IMG/VR virus record: IMGVR_UViG_3300046331_000099
Coordinates: 1 to 64,000 of that record
Direction: 5' to 3' (one strand)
From: a virus
Length of the DNA stretch: 64,000 nucleotides
The position numbers and the translations under genes are program-made. Numbering within the stretch: the first letter of the stretch is position 1; each line of letters opens with the position of its first letter. Positions 10,349 through 20,590 of the stretch are shown here, piece by piece. The notes beneath the pieces were generated by a model that saw only the letters and a list, made by a program, of their open reading frames with translations, did not search any database and was not told the DNA's origin.

Positions 10349-10566
10349 TAGTAAGCCACACCGTAGGCATAGAATTTACCATTATCGTATTGACCAGTTT
10401 CCCAGCTGACACGACGATTACCACAGTCACAACGACGATCCACTCCATCCCAACCATCGCAGACTACGTCTTCATCGTAGTCCATACAGTTTTGACCTTC
10501 AAACTCATCCACACCACCAGCATCAATGCCAGCTTGGATAGCTTCTTCAGCAGTGTTATAGCTCAT
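10348..10566 (-). CDS. hypothetical protein
   Basis: ORF track; CDGWDG..RRCDCGNRR motif. Confidence 0.65.
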   Translation of the reverse strand: MSYNTAEEAIQAGIDAGGVDEFEGQNCMDYDEDVVCDGWDGVDRRCDCGNRRVSWETGQYDNGKFYAYGVAY

Positions 10567-10575
10567 GATAACTCC

Positions 10576-10977
10576 TTAGTTCTTGTACAAGATAGCAGAT
10601 TTTGGATAAACTTGACCAGTCTGAGCAGGGAGGATCACTGGGTTGCCGTTTACTGTGTAGACCACGTACATCATGTGAACATCAACTCTACGTGTGCTCT
10701 TACCAGAAGTGCGTGATTCGTTGTAGCCTTCGGGCTGATATCCTTGGAACTCAGCTGTGACTTTCTCGTTAGCAAAGGTCTTTGGAGTTTGGTTAGTCCA
10801 GTGATAACTCACACCGTAGGCAAAACCTGCAACGACCACAGCAAAAAAGAAGTAAACAAAGAACGATTCACGCTCAACGAACAAGCAAATGATCAGGGCA
10901 ATTATGCAGAAAGTAACTACAATACCAAAGCCTGTGTGATCAACTGGAATGAGTGCGAGAGGGTGGAACGTATACAT
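10576..10977 (-). CDS. membrane protein, two TM helices
   Basis: Hydrophobic segments; first gene after promoter module. Confidence 0.7.
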   Translation of the reverse strand: MYTFHPLALIPVDHTGFGIVVTFCIIALIICLFVERESFFVYFFFAVVVAGFAYGVSYHWTNQTPKTFANEKVTAEFQGYQPEGYNESRTSGKSTRRVDVHMMYVVYTVNGNPVILPAQTGQVYPKSAILYKN

Positions 10978-11008
10978 TTGGGTCTTTCTTTCCTAATCAA
11001 CTGTAGTT

Positions 11009-11097
11009 ATTATACAGTGGATCTGCAAAAGTGTCAACAACTAAATTGAAAGACCCCACTTAGTGTGGGGTCTTTCTAAGTAAACTTTAAGTTTACT
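11009..11097 (-). promoter_or_regulatory. early promoter module: TTGACA-17-TATAAT with inverted repeat
   Basis: Shares leader AACTACAGTTGATTAGGA and upstream inverted repeat with the 1281 module. Confidence 0.8.
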
Positions 11098-12493
11098 TTT
11101 TAGTGTTGGCTCGAACCGTTGCAAAGTCAATTTCGTTGAACAGTGCACCATTCATGTAGACGGTCTTCATAGCCTCTGTCCAACCTCCTACACCCTTGTC
11201 TGACCAACCAGTTGGAGCAGTCACACCAGAAGCGAACTCGCCTCCTGAGTTGGTCCAAAGTTTAACACGACCACCTTTAGAACGCTTTCCAGAGTCGGTT
11301 ACAGGGTCTTTTACAACATCCTGCCACACGCCATTGATCTGGATAGACGAACACTTCATGGCGAATCGTTGAGTGTCTCGGTTGACGATTTGGAGCAGAG
11401 CACCGCCCATACCGAAGGCAATGTTGTCAGCTGACCATCCCATTGCCATGAATGCACCAAGGATAGAACGGATGGACAACTCATTGACCCCATCCCCTTG
11501 GATAAGTCGGACATTGTTAAGGACTTTGAAACCCTTGGCGTTTGTGGTGTATCCAAATTTTGCTCCTAAAATTTCAATCAGCTTACGGTTAACTACAACA
11601 GGATCACCAGAGTCAGGACGAATCACGACAGTGGCACCAGAAGCGACCACTTCGTCACGCAGTTCTTCACCCCAGAGTTTCTCTGCAGCATTGTAGATGT
11701 CATAGCTATCACTAACAACAGCAAGGATAGAACCTTCACGACCGAATTGCTTCAGCATGTTGCGGTATGCATCTACTTCACCCTCACGACCCCAAGAAGT
11801 GATAGTACTGTGTTCGGCAGCTGGAATTGAAAAGCCAGCGATGCCAGCATTGTAATATTCACGAGCGTACAGTACACCAGTAATAGTGTCGGAACCCATA
11901 AAGTTAACCAAGTGGGCAGCGCCACCAATTCCCGCAGACTCCATTGAAGAGACACCACGAGCACCAAAGTCATGCAACTTAAAATCAATAGCAGTAGGGT
12001 CACCAGTTTTCTCCAAGTATTCAGCAATCACTTGCTTGATTGTATAAGACTGGGTTGCCACAGTTGTACCATACCATACGGCACGGAGCACTGCAGTTTC
12101 CAGATAAGTCGTCAGCCAGAAACATTCTGGGTCTGTGTTTTCGACAGTCGCCAGAACATTCGAGACAGGCACCACAGTGCCTTCAGGTACAGCACGAATG
12201 ACCAAAGGTAAGTAACCTTCGTGCTTATCAAGGATGTATTGCCAGCCCTCACGATTAAATGGTTCGCCGTGGGCTGTAAGAATCTCATCTGCAACATCAA
12301 TGTCGGCTTGTGTGATGGGGTCAAGTAAATACTCCTTAATGAACGCTTGAAGACCGAACATCAATGTACGATCGTATTGACCACCACGAGATTCGATGTA
12401 AGAATAAACGCCAGTTGTGCCAGCAGGATATTGTTTGAACATGCTTGTCTTGTACGAGTCAGTGTTCAGGATAAGGTTTTTTGCGAGTTTCAT
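11093..12493 (-). CDS. nadV: nicotinamide phosphoribosyltransferase (NAMPT)
   Basis: TDSYK, LHDFGARG, PAAEHS, VSDSYD, IRPDSGDP, IQGDG, FGMGGALLQ. Confidence 0.95.
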   Translation of the reverse strand: MKLAKNLILNTDSYKTSMFKQYPAGTTGVYSYIESRGGQYDRTLMFGLQAFIKEYLLDPITQADIDVADEILTAHGEPFNREGWQYILDKHEGYLPLVIRAVPEGTVVPVSNVLATVENTDPECFWLTTYLETAVLRAVWYGTTVATQSYTIKQVIAEYLEKTGDPTAIDFKLHDFGARGVSSMESAGIGGAAHLVNFMGSDTITGVLYAREYYNAGIAGFSIPAAEHSTITSWGREGEVDAYRNMLKQFGREGSILAVVSDSYDIYNAAEKLWGEELRDEVVASGATVVIRPDSGDPVVVNRKLIEILGAKFGYTTNAKGFKVLNNVRLIQGDGVNELSIRSILGAFMAMGWSADNIAFGMGGALLQIVNRDTQRFAMKCSSIQINGVWQDVVKDPVTDSGKRSKGGRVKLWTNSGGEFASGVTAPTGWSDKGVGGWTEAMKTVYMNGALFNEIDFATVRANTKK

Positions 12494-12509
12494 GATTAGC
12501 TCCTAATCT

Positions 12510-13484
12510 TTACAGTTTTGAAAATGCTGGCATTGGGTTAACACCAGTTACTTTTGACAAGATGTCTTTGTGGTCGTCATACATCTGAATTGTATTCAGT
12601 GCATCAGTGAGTGGCACCCACTTACACAAAGCAGCATCGTCTGCACCATTGGCACGTGGCAACGAGAAATCAGGATTTGGGTTGATTCTCATGTACACAG
12701 CCATAGTGTTTCGGGGAATACCGAATGAACGACTTGGATCGTCGAACAGTTCAGTCTTCACGATAGAGCCACGGAGAACTTTCTCTGGAACTCTAACATT
12801 GGTTTCTTCGATCAGTTCACGGATGGCACAATCGAGGAATGTTTCACGTTGGTTGCGGAAACCGCCTGGAAGTGCCCATGCACCACGACCTGGAGCAAAT
12901 TTGCGTTGTATGAGAAGAACGTGACCTTGGCACTCGAGTATCGCATCACTGCAGTTGAAGTTAAGGGTTTCAGGGAATGGGTAGTTAGCAAAAGTTACCT
13001 TCTCTTTCTGATAGAATGCGTAGTCGTCTTGAACAGTTGATGGCATGTCTGGATCTTTCAGATCGAACATGCGTTGGCGAACAGCTGTGGCGTTCACGTT
13101 GTACTGTGACTCAATACTCTTGAATGGCCAATCTGGGAACCATGTAAGATAGTTGTTACCTTCTTTCATGTGTCCAAACAAGGTTGGTACACCCATGTCG
13201 TAGTGTTCAACAGTGGCACGCACATCAGACATCCATTGAGAATCTGAGTAGCGATAGTCGTTTAGTGGGAGAATTTCGTAGTTGGAGATATTTGCAGTAC
13301 GCAATTTGTTACGCAACATCTGTACACGCTCTTGGAATGTCCAAGGGTTTTTGATTGATCGACATTGATTCGCAGAACCAACGAGGATGTAGAGTTTCTC
13401 TACTTGAGAAGCGGCAATGCCCAGTGCGTGGACATGTCCTTGGTGGACGGGTTGAAAACGTCCGATGAAGATTCCTGATTTCAT
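12510..13484 (-). CDS. bifunctional NMN adenylyltransferase / Nudix ADP-ribose hydrolase (NadM-Nudix)
   Basis: GRFQPVHQGH; Nudix box GGF..RELIEET; DDAA; adjacent to NAMPT. Confidence 0.92.
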   Translation of the reverse strand: MKSGIFIGRFQPVHQGHVHALGIAASQVEKLYILVGSANQCRSIKNPWTFQERVQMLRNKLRTANISNYEILPLNDYRYSDSQWMSDVRATVEHYDMGVPTLFGHMKEGNNYLTWFPDWPFKSIESQYNVNATAVRQRMFDLKDPDMPSTVQDDYAFYQKEKVTFANYPFPETLNFNCSDAILECQGHVLLIQRKFAPGRGAWALPGGFRNQRETFLDCAIRELIEETNVRVPEKVLRGSIVKTELFDDPSRSFGIPRNTMAVYMRINPNPDFSLPRANGADDAALCKWVPLTDALNTIQMYDDHKDILSKVTGVNPMPAFSKL

Positions 13485-13555
13485 TTTCTTAGCTCCTAAG
13501 AATTCATTGTAGAGTCTGACTACCAGACTCTTTGTTTATATATCTTATTCTAAAC

Positions 13556-14005
13556 TCACTTGCAAGTCAAGCGATCTTTGATCTCAGTATAGAACATTTG
13601 GTACTTAGCGATTCGAGCGATGTCTTTCTCAGTCACACCCTTCAACCGACGGATATCGGTATTGTGTCGCAAGTCAGCCATCTTAACACGCATGGCGTCT
13701 TCGCTGGAGAACACAGCAGCTTTGTACTCTTCGTAAGTCTGGCCACGTTGCTTTGTGAGACACTGGAGACCTTTGATAACTCGCTCAGAGATGCCAGCGT
13801 CACGTAGATCTTGGTAAGTAACGTCAGTGTCTTCAATCACGTCATGACCAAGAGCCATACACATCAGTTCTTCGTCGTCAGACTTTAGGTAGTGCATCAC
13901 TTTTAGAGGATGGAGAATGTAGGGATTTCCACCCTTGTCGAATTGACCATGGTGTGCATTAACAGCGATGTTAAGCATTTTGTCGAGCATTTCGCCTTTT
14001 CTCAT
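13556..14005 (-). CDS. HD-domain (p)ppGpp hydrolase-like protein (small alarmone hydrolase/Mesh1-like)
   Basis: AHHGQ, PYILHP, HDVIEDT, VKMADLRHN. Confidence 0.85.
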   Translation of the reverse strand: MRKGEMLDKMLNIAVNAHHGQFDKGGNPYILHPLKVMHYLKSDDEELMCMALGHDVIEDTDVTYQDLRDAGISERVIKGLQCLTKQRGQTYEEYKAAVFSSEDAMRVKMADLRHNTDIRRLKGVTEKDIARIAKYQMFYTEIKDRLTCK

Positions 14006-14031
14006 AATCTCTTCTCCTAATCAGTAACTTT

Positions 14032-14060
14032 ATTATACCACAGTTCTTAGAGAAAGACAA
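14032..14060 (-). promoter_or_regulatory. sigma70 promoter TTGTCT-17-TATAAT with extended -10
   Basis: Consensus match upstream of the HD gene. Confidence 0.65.
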
Positions 14061-14159
14061 CCACGCAGATTAAACCCATGATGACAATAAGGGCAATAGA
14101 GTCAGCCAGATCCTCTCCAGAACTAATACTTTTGGTTGACTTTAAGTAATCGTACCACT

Positions 14160-14654
14160 TCATTCCCAGTCTCCTACAGGCACTACAATGCCACCAGTTG
14201 TTACGACACCGTTCACCACTTGGGATGGCTCATCGGAGTCGTAAGTCAAGCCCAGAACCTTCATCATCTTGTGCTTGACAAGCATGTTCGGGATTCGGAG
14301 TCGTTCAGTAGCCGTAAAGCCCATCATTGTAGCCACTTCGGTCACAGCACCACTACGACAGATACCAGCGTGACAATGGACGACTACGTTCATTGAGTTA
14401 TCCAGTGCGTATTGGAGCAAGTCGACTAATTCCTGAGCGTCTGCATCACTGATGAGACATTCTTCTGGGAAACTACCATCATTCTCGGCATCTAGGAACT
14501 CAAAGTGACGGGACACCACTTTGAATGGGAACTTTGGTGTAGGGAACGTGGACGCTGGGTCTCCAATCTGGATCAGCATGGCGTTTGGACCAGCATCAAA
14601 GTGGTGTCCATTACGCACAGCGTCCTTACTTACGTTCTCGATCCAGCGAATCAT
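14160..14654 (-). CDS. dual-specificity/Tyr phosphatase-family protein
   Basis: CX5R loop VVHCHAGICRS. Confidence 0.85.
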   Translation of the reverse strand: MIRWIENVSKDAVRNGHHFDAGPNAMLIQIGDPASTFPTPKFPFKVVSRHFEFLDAENDGSFPEECLISDADAQELVDLLQYALDNSMNVVVHCHAGICRSGAVTEVATMMGFTATERLRIPNMLVKHKMMKVLGLTYDSDEPSQVVNGVVTTGGIVVPVGDWE

Positions 14655-14866
14655 TTTGTTACCTTTGAAATTTGTACGTCGAAAGTCGACTTGTTCATTT
14701 TGTTGTCGTAGAAGTTAAATGTTCTACCCAAACCAAGACTGTCGCCCATTTCTTCAGCACAGAGACGGACAGCTGCATTTACTGCGATAGAATCACCCAC
14801 GCCACGTTTGATGGCAGTAGCTGTTGAATAGAACGACACACCATTAACAATCACACGATACTTCAT
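14651..14866 (-). CDS. hypothetical protein
   Basis: ORF track; 4-bp overlaps. Confidence 0.6.
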   Translation of the reverse strand: MKYRVIVNGVSFYSTATAIKRGVGDSIAVNAAVRLCAEEMGDSLGLGRTFNFYDNKMNKSTFDVQISKVTK

Positions 14867-14988
14867 ACCATTTCCTCGATTTCTTCACAACAAATAACTC
14901 CACCATTGATGGAGAGATACAATTCGGCAACAGCCTTAACGTAGAAACACATCACTCGACCAGTCTTTGTAATCAGCACGTATTTCAT
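14863..14988 (-). CDS. 41-aa early protein (MKYVLITKTGRVMCF...) absent from the ORF track
   Basis: AGGAG SD, first ORF after promoter, ATGA overlap with next gene. Confidence 0.6.
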   Translation of the reverse strand: MKYVLITKTGRVMCFYVKAVAELYLSINGGVICCEEIEEMV

Positions 14989-15012
14989 TCGTTCTCCTAA
15001 GCAGATGACTCT

Positions 15013-15100
15013 ATTATACAGTAACTATGCAAGATGTCAACAACTAAATTGAGAAAACCCTACACTTGGTAGGGTTATTTCTGGAAAACGAAAGTATTAC
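15013..15100 (-). promoter_or_regulatory. early promoter module: TTGACA-16-TATAAT with inverted repeat
   Basis: Same architecture as 1281 and 11009. Confidence 0.75.
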
Positions 15101-15294
15101 CCTCCTCGAGAGGCTCCTCGACTTGTTGGTCGGGCTGCGATTCGGTTCACTGACTGTTTTACCATCTTAGTTGCTTCGCCTTTGCTCAATCCCCTTGCTT
15201 GAAGTTGCTTACGAGCCTTCTTCTTGGATTTCTTAAGAAGTTTCTCTGCGTGCCACTTGTCGGCGAATGTCATTGGTTTGATTTCTTCTGTCAT
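15097..15294 (-). CDS. small basic protein
   Basis: ORF track; K/R-rich. Confidence 0.6.
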   Translation of the reverse strand: MTEEIKPMTFADKWHAEKLLKKSKKKARKQLQARGLSKGEATKMVKQSVNRIAARPTSRGASRGG

Positions 15295-15295
15295 T

Positions 15296-15940
15296 TTATT
15301 TTCCTGTATCTACTATGTTAATGTTAAGGATAACTCTTCTATTACTATTCACTGGATGCCCTGCAGTATGATACTGCATACCATCAAATATAAGTAAACG
15401 ATTAGCCTTTGGTGGGATAGAATGCTCTATTGTGAACCCACTACGGGTGAAGTTGCTCGCATAATTAGTCTTTTCTTCTTCTGTAGAATCTTTACAAAGT
15501 GGAGTGCAATTAATCGGTTTTTGTATCTGGTGGAATAATCTTGTATCACCATCACTATCATTTAAATACAATATGGCAGTTTTATGGGCTGCTGGTGAAT
15601 CGATATGTGGTATATTATAGGTTTCTGCTCCAACGCCAATCTTTGGCCATTTCATCGCAGCACGTACCCTTAATAAGTTTTCTTGCGGATATCCTAACTT
15701 TATCATCATGTTATAGAAATACTCCTCAAGAATACCATATTCTTCGCTAATATAATTTCTTGGACGATCGAACAGTAAACACTGCAAGGCATCTGTTTCT
15801 ACTGCTAGTGGGTCTTCTACCTTTAACCAATCTGGAACAGATATATTTGGAATATAATACCATGGCATGGCTGGTCCAAGAATTAGATCTTGTAATTCTT
15901 TGAATTTATCTTCTGGAAAAAAGTTATCAATTATTTGCAT
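15296..15940 (-). CDS. 2OG-Fe(II) oxygenase
   Basis: PHID, ILYLNDSDGDT, HTA...RRVILNIN. Confidence 0.85.
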   Translation of the reverse strand: MQIIDNFFPEDKFKELQDLILGPAMPWYYIPNISVPDWLKVEDPLAVETDALQCLLFDRPRNYISEEYGILEEYFYNMMIKLGYPQENLLRVRAAMKWPKIGVGAETYNIPHIDSPAAHKTAILYLNDSDGDTRLFHQIQKPINCTPLCKDSTEEEKTNYASNFTRSGFTIEHSIPPKANRLLIFDGMQYHTAGHPVNSNRRVILNINIVDTGK

Positions 15941-16538
15941 AGGCTTCGAACACGAAATTTAATATGATTCTATCTTTATGTATCACTGGATTAGAAGAGG
16001 CGTGATATCTGTTCGACTGGAATATGACAGCACGATTCTTTTTAGGTTTTATTCTCTGATTAACAGTTAGTTTATTTGGGTGCGGTTCACCCATAGTAAA
16101 GAACTCATTAAATAAAAATGTATCACCATCACTATCTTGTGTATAATAAATCATAGAATAACATTTATCTGAACCATCATGATGTGGAATATTATAATGG
16201 GTATCAGGTAAGTTCTGTTTAGTTAAAATATTAGACTTGATTCTGCAGATACCAGTAATGCTAAATTCTGGAACTTTATCTTCTAATGAGTAAATTAGTG
16301 GTTTAATATACTCAAAGTAGAATGGATGGCAGTGATTAACTTCAGCATCAAATATTGGTGAAGAAAACTGCCCACAGTCCATTACATTATTATCAGAGTA
16401 AAGTTCTCCTAGATACTCACCATATTTTAAATCAGTTGAAGTATGTCTTAAATACGAATATTGTAATGTATCAACCATATCTCTTTCGATAGCATCGGCA
16501 TATCTTGGAGTGATTAAGTTATCAATAATCTTAATCAC
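15927..16538 (-). CDS. 2OG-Fe(II) oxygenase
   Basis: PHHD, DSDGDT, YHASSNP...RIILNF. Confidence 0.85.
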   Translation of the reverse strand: MIKIIDNLITPRYADAIERDMVDTLQYSYLRHTSTDLKYGEYLGELYSDNNVMDCGQFSSPIFDAEVNHCHPFYFEYIKPLIYSLEDKVPEFSITGICRIKSNILTKQNLPDTHYNIPHHDGSDKCYSMIYYTQDSDGDTFLFNEFFTMGEPHPNKLTVNQRIKPKKNRAVIFQSNRYHASSNPVIHKDRIILNFVFEAYANN

Positions 16539-17221
16539 GTTTCGCTGCCACCCATATTCTTGATCATCTTTTCATTATCTGCATTTTTTAATACATTAAC
16601 CCAATCTTCGTACATTCTGTGGATGTTTGACACAATAAGAATACGCTCTTGATAAACTGGCTTGTGGTAATCAGTAGGTTCAATAAAGTGAATCAAATAA
16701 CCTGGACTCACAACCAACATACCTTCTTCTAATCGCAGACGTTTGAATGGACTAAACTGGTTGTTATAATTAACTCCGCCACGTGGATCGATAAAAACCA
16801 TGTTCCCTGGATTATCATTATTAAGATTAATATAGAATACACCAACACCTAAAGTAGAACCATGGTGATGTGGAGTGATTCTATACTCCACATCGGCGTG
16901 GATGTGTCTGAAATAACCTTTGGCAATGCGCATTGGTGGTAATGGCATCTCAGAATGCAGAGTCAATGTCTTCTCAGCTAATTCTAATTTCTTTTTCTGA
17001 ACTTCTAACATAGTGTCTGGCAAGTCAGGTAAACTCCAAACATCAACACTATTCTTTTGTGCTCTTGGTAGGACATACTTACGCACGTCATCTTTCAATT
17101 GTTCAATAAAATCCTGAGAGAATGGACGAGAGACACCAATTGGTGTTGACCATAACTCATGTATTGTTTCTTGTCCATTATTAACAAGGACGGTTTTCTT
17201 ACCGTTGTCTGTCATACTCAT
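16535..17221 (-). CDS. 2OG-Fe(II) oxygenase (TIGR02466-like)
   Basis: PHHH, GVFYI, FIDPR, LIHFIEP...RILIVSN. Confidence 0.8.
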   Translation of the reverse strand: MSMTDNGKKTVLVNNGQETIHELWSTPIGVSRPFSQDFIEQLKDDVRKYVLPRAQKNSVDVWSLPDLPDTMLEVQKKKLELAEKTLTLHSEMPLPPMRIAKGYFRHIHADVEYRITPHHHGSTLGVGVFYINLNNDNPGNMVFIDPRGGVNYNNQFSPFKRLRLEEGMLVVSPGYLIHFIEPTDYHKPVYQERILIVSNIHRMYEDWVNVLKNADNEKMIKNMGGSET

Positions 17222-17235
17222 ATGTTGGGGTTCCG

Positions 17236-17964
17236 TTATACTTCTCTAACTCTGAAAACTACAGCATAGCGCATTTGATCTGCCCATGGTGCAGTAGGCT
17301 TTGTTGTATGTAAAGCTCTTCCATCATATACAATAACTCTGCCTGCAACTGGCGATACTATTGCATATGGATAACCAACTCCAAATTCTCTTGATTGCCC
17401 ATAACCTCTTTGAAATTGTTGATTATCACCCGTTGTGTCATCATCACTATAAAACACATTCTCTGCCATCCAAGTTGGATACCACTGAAGATTAGCTATG
17501 TATAAAATTGTATGATGTTTGGTATTGCTTAAATCAATTGTATCTCTATGTATTGCATGAGAACGTTTAATAGTTTCATTCGGTTGTGCATTTACATAGC
17601 AAAGAGAATATGCATTAGGTCTTAGCTTTGGGTCAGCCATTCCTTCTGTATCACCATCAATAACATATTTGTTTCCAAGTTTAGAGTTGATATCATTCCA
17701 CAACTCTTGGATAACAGGATGACCTTCACCACGTAATCCAAAGACGCAACGATGCATGTATTGGTTATTGATAGAAGGTATAGTATCGTCAAGATACTCT
17801 TTTTTGTTGTCGATTGGTTTGTAGTAGATTACAGATCCAGGTTCTGGATATGAGACATCCTTGCGAGTTGCATGGAAAGTTTGTCGTTGGATGTAATCCC
17901 AGACTCTCCAACGGAGATCATCTGGGATTAAATCGTCGAATGATTGTACGCTATAAGTTTTCAT
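17236..17964 (-). CDS. 2OG-Fe(II) oxygenase
   Basis: IHRD, YDGRALHTT, RYAVVF; start moved to MKTYSV downstream of TATAAATA (17970-17977). Confidence 0.8.
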   Translation of the reverse strand: MKTYSVQSFDDLIPDDLRWRVWDYIQRQTFHATRKDVSYPEPGSVIYYKPIDNKKEYLDDTIPSINNQYMHRCVFGLRGEGHPVIQELWNDINSKLGNKYVIDGDTEGMADPKLRPNAYSLCYVNAQPNETIKRSHAIHRDTIDLSNTKHHTILYIANLQWYPTWMAENVFYSDDDTTGDNQQFQRGYGQSREFGVGYPYAIVSPVAGRVIVYDGRALHTTKPTAPWADQMRYAVVFRVREV

Positions 17965-17976
17965 AAATGTATTTAT

Positions 17977-18558
17977 ATCATATAGGAACACACTGCCAAT
18001 TATTCTAAACGTGCTAACAAATTTAGACTTTGTTTATCTGAAACGACTCGGAGTACGACTTCCAAGCTCAGTGTGCTGCTATATGATAGTTGGTAGAGAT
18101 AATCTAGGTTTCTCGTTTATCGCACCATGCTCGCCCTAGCGCCTAGGTAGACCAACTTACCATAATAAAACACATTCTGCTTTCTCGTTTTTCCTTTCGA
18201 AACTACTAGACGAGTACCCCTGCTATTCAACCTTGGGTGCTGGCGATTTGCGGCTCACTTAGATCAATCTGCAGATATCTCGTTTGTGATTGAATGTGTT
18301 TTATTATAGTGACTGTTTAGTCTGATAACAGTCAAAGAGTTGTTGTAAGTTTGTTCTAGACCAAGATTACATTTAGCTTTCGCAAGGCACTCCACGTTTG
18401 AGCCTTCTGGTTAGATACCATAATTCAATACACTCCCAGAAGAAGTCATCCTTCTGTAACCATTACACTTCTCTTGATTAGATCATGACCCTAACCTCAA
18501 AATGTCTTGACACGACTGGCTATGCCTGCTATTTGACTAAAAGTATATTGAATTATAG
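17977..18558 (-). ncRNA. cluster of three long-stem-enclosed structured RNAs (17977-18087, 18160-18309, 18418-18558)
   Basis: ORF-free region; ~16-18-bp closing stems such as ATAATAAAACACATTC/GAATGTGTTTTATTAT. Confidence 0.55.
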
Positions 18559-18609
18559 TGTCTGGTGATTACGCACACCAGACAATGCGCCCGCCCCTAA
18601 GCGACTAGG

Positions 18610-20037
18610 TTAAGCCAAGTCGTAACGTGGATTCATCAATGCCTTCAGCATGATGGCTTCTGGAGTGAATTGCTCAGTGTCTCCACCAAGAACCGCTACC
18701 ATGATAGCTGGGCTGAACCCAGATACCAAAGCCACACCACGTGTGTCGTACTTAACTGGGACGTTGTCCTTAGCGTTAAGATTCCAGAACACGATCTTTG
18801 GCAGTTCGTATCCTGCATCTTCGAACTTGCGAGACATCATCTTCATCGCAGTGTCGTCGAAACGAGCACAGTGATCGAATTGCATGTCTGACATGATCAG
18901 AAGCATTTCTGGCATTTCTTCTTGAGGAACATTACCATTCTTGGCAGTAGACAGGATCTTGTCCATAGCCTTAACCAAGTCAGTATTCATACCCCAGTTA
19001 GAAGATGACATTTGTTGACACTTCTCAACGATGTTACCCTTCAGGTGCAACAGTTCTGGTTCGCCAGAGAAAGTCAGGAATGTATCCTTGAACTTACCCT
19101 TGTTCTTGTCGGCAACGTACAATCCCAGAGAGATCGCAACGTCCATACAAGTAGTCACAGACTTGGAGTCAGCACCACCTGCACGGCAAGACATTGAACC
19201 AGAAACGTCCACCAATGGCAACACGTTAGCGTCACCGATGAAGTTTTCCATGGCTTCCCATTGCTTTTGCACAACTACCAATTCGTTTGCACTGAACTTG
19301 TTACGGTATGAACCGATAACACCCTTCAACACATCGTATGGGAATACTGCACCAGCATTTACCTTCACCTTTGGGTCATCACCCTTTACCAACGCAGTCA
19401 CGTACTCAGCGTACTTTGAAGTGTTACGTCCAAAAGCCTTTTTGTAACGTGCGTGAGCAACAGATGGAACATGAGAGAAGTTGATTTCGTCCCATTCTTT
19501 GGCACACATGCTTTGTTCAACCACTTTAGTCATTTCGACCAAAGACTTACGGTAGAACTTAGGTGACATACCGAAGAACTCACGGATTTCTCGAGCAGTC
19601 TCACCTTTACGTGGAGTCCACTTTGCAGCCAGACCATTCTTCGCACGCAGAGCGTCACCAAGCATAGTGTAGGCTTGTGCCTTCAGAGGTTGAGTCTTGA
19701 AGACAAACAAGTCATCCCAACGACCAACTTCTGGCACTTTCGCCAGCAACTTTGCAGCTAGATCTGGACGAGTGTTTTCTAATTGAACCATGATTTGACG
19801 AAACAATTCACGTTCACCAGCACCACCACGTGCGTCACGTAGCCACAAAGCCAAGCGCAAGGCAAGGTCTTGATCTTCTACTAGAGCAGCAGTGAATTCT
19901 TTGGTGATGTTCTTGCCACGTGATGCGCCAGCTTTGAAGAACAGGTCTACAAGAGCATTGGCAGTGGACTTACGAGCAAGCATACCATTTTCGGTGCGTG
20001 CTTCTTGATTAACAACGGCATTAACAAAAGTGTTCAT
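18610..20037 (-). CDS. DUF2828-family protein (TROVE/Ro60-like helical domain plus vWA)
   Basis: TENG, RDARGGAGER, AAKWTPR; MIDAS DVSGSM, SDMQFD, IVFWNL; start at MNTFV. Confidence 0.8.
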   Translation of the reverse strand: MNTFVNAVVNQEARTENGMLARKSTANALVDLFFKAGASRGKNITKEFTAALVEDQDLALRLALWLRDARGGAGERELFRQIMVQLENTRPDLAAKLLAKVPEVGRWDDLFVFKTQPLKAQAYTMLGDALRAKNGLAAKWTPRKGETAREIREFFGMSPKFYRKSLVEMTKVVEQSMCAKEWDEINFSHVPSVAHARYKKAFGRNTSKYAEYVTALVKGDDPKVKVNAGAVFPYDVLKGVIGSYRNKFSANELVVVQKQWEAMENFIGDANVLPLVDVSGSMSCRAGGADSKSVTTCMDVAISLGLYVADKNKGKFKDTFLTFSGEPELLHLKGNIVEKCQQMSSSNWGMNTDLVKAMDKILSTAKNGNVPQEEMPEMLLIMSDMQFDHCARFDDTAMKMMSRKFEDAGYELPKIVFWNLNAKDNVPVKYDTRGVALVSGFSPAIMVAVLGGDTEQFTPEAIMLKALMNPRYDLA

Positions 20038-20080
20038 ATAAATTTCTTTCACATAACAGGCGAGATTTGCCTAAAAACAA

Positions 20081-20223
20081 CAGGTTAGTTTCCTACTTTT
20101 TTGTTTTTCATGAGAAAATCGAAAACTCATTAGACGGTGGGGGAGAGAGCGAACTCTCAGCGTATCCATCGTCAGTCCTTAGTGGATACGAGATCCTAAG
20201 AATTGTTTGCTGAACCTAACCTA
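20081..20223 (-). ncRNA. CAGCAA-stem RNA E1
   Basis: TAGGTTAG/CTAACCTG stem plus GTTCAGCAA; GAGAG-TTCG-CTCTC hairpin; own sigma70 promoter at ~20234-20262. Confidence 0.7.
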
Positions 20224-20271
20224 ACGAAACTCTATTATACTTCACACATACAATAAAGTCAACAAAAATAA

Positions 20272-20545
20272 CGGGATGAACGGGTAAATAATTTTGGTTA
20301 CTTAAACCATCGTGTTCCTTTCGGCTTAGCCCCACGAGAATCGTCCAGTTCACTGGTATAGCCTGACAAGTTCAGGCAACTTGGTACACATTCGGGTGTA
20401 ACTATCGAACTCCTAATAGGGGTTCCAAGGCATAAGAGCATGCAATAGTCTTTCCAGCCTAGTTTCAGTTATGACGCCTTACGACGTTTCCTCCTGTTGA
20501 AACTACTCTTTAGGCAGTATTGTTTAATATGCTGCAATCATCCCA
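20272..20545 (-). ncRNA. CAGCAA-stem RNA E2 (~275 nt)
   Basis: TGGGATGA/TCATCCCG stem plus TTGCAGCAT; promoter TTGACT-17-TATAAT at 20557-20585. Confidence 0.65.
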
Positions 20546-20590
20546 ATTCAAACTAAATTATACATCATCTAGTCTTGCAAGTCAAGCACT

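Noticed and set aside
20095-20200. Hammerhead ribozyme in E1 (CTGACGA ... GAAA)
   Set aside because: Could not assemble stems I-III with GAAA and the NUH site in the required positions.
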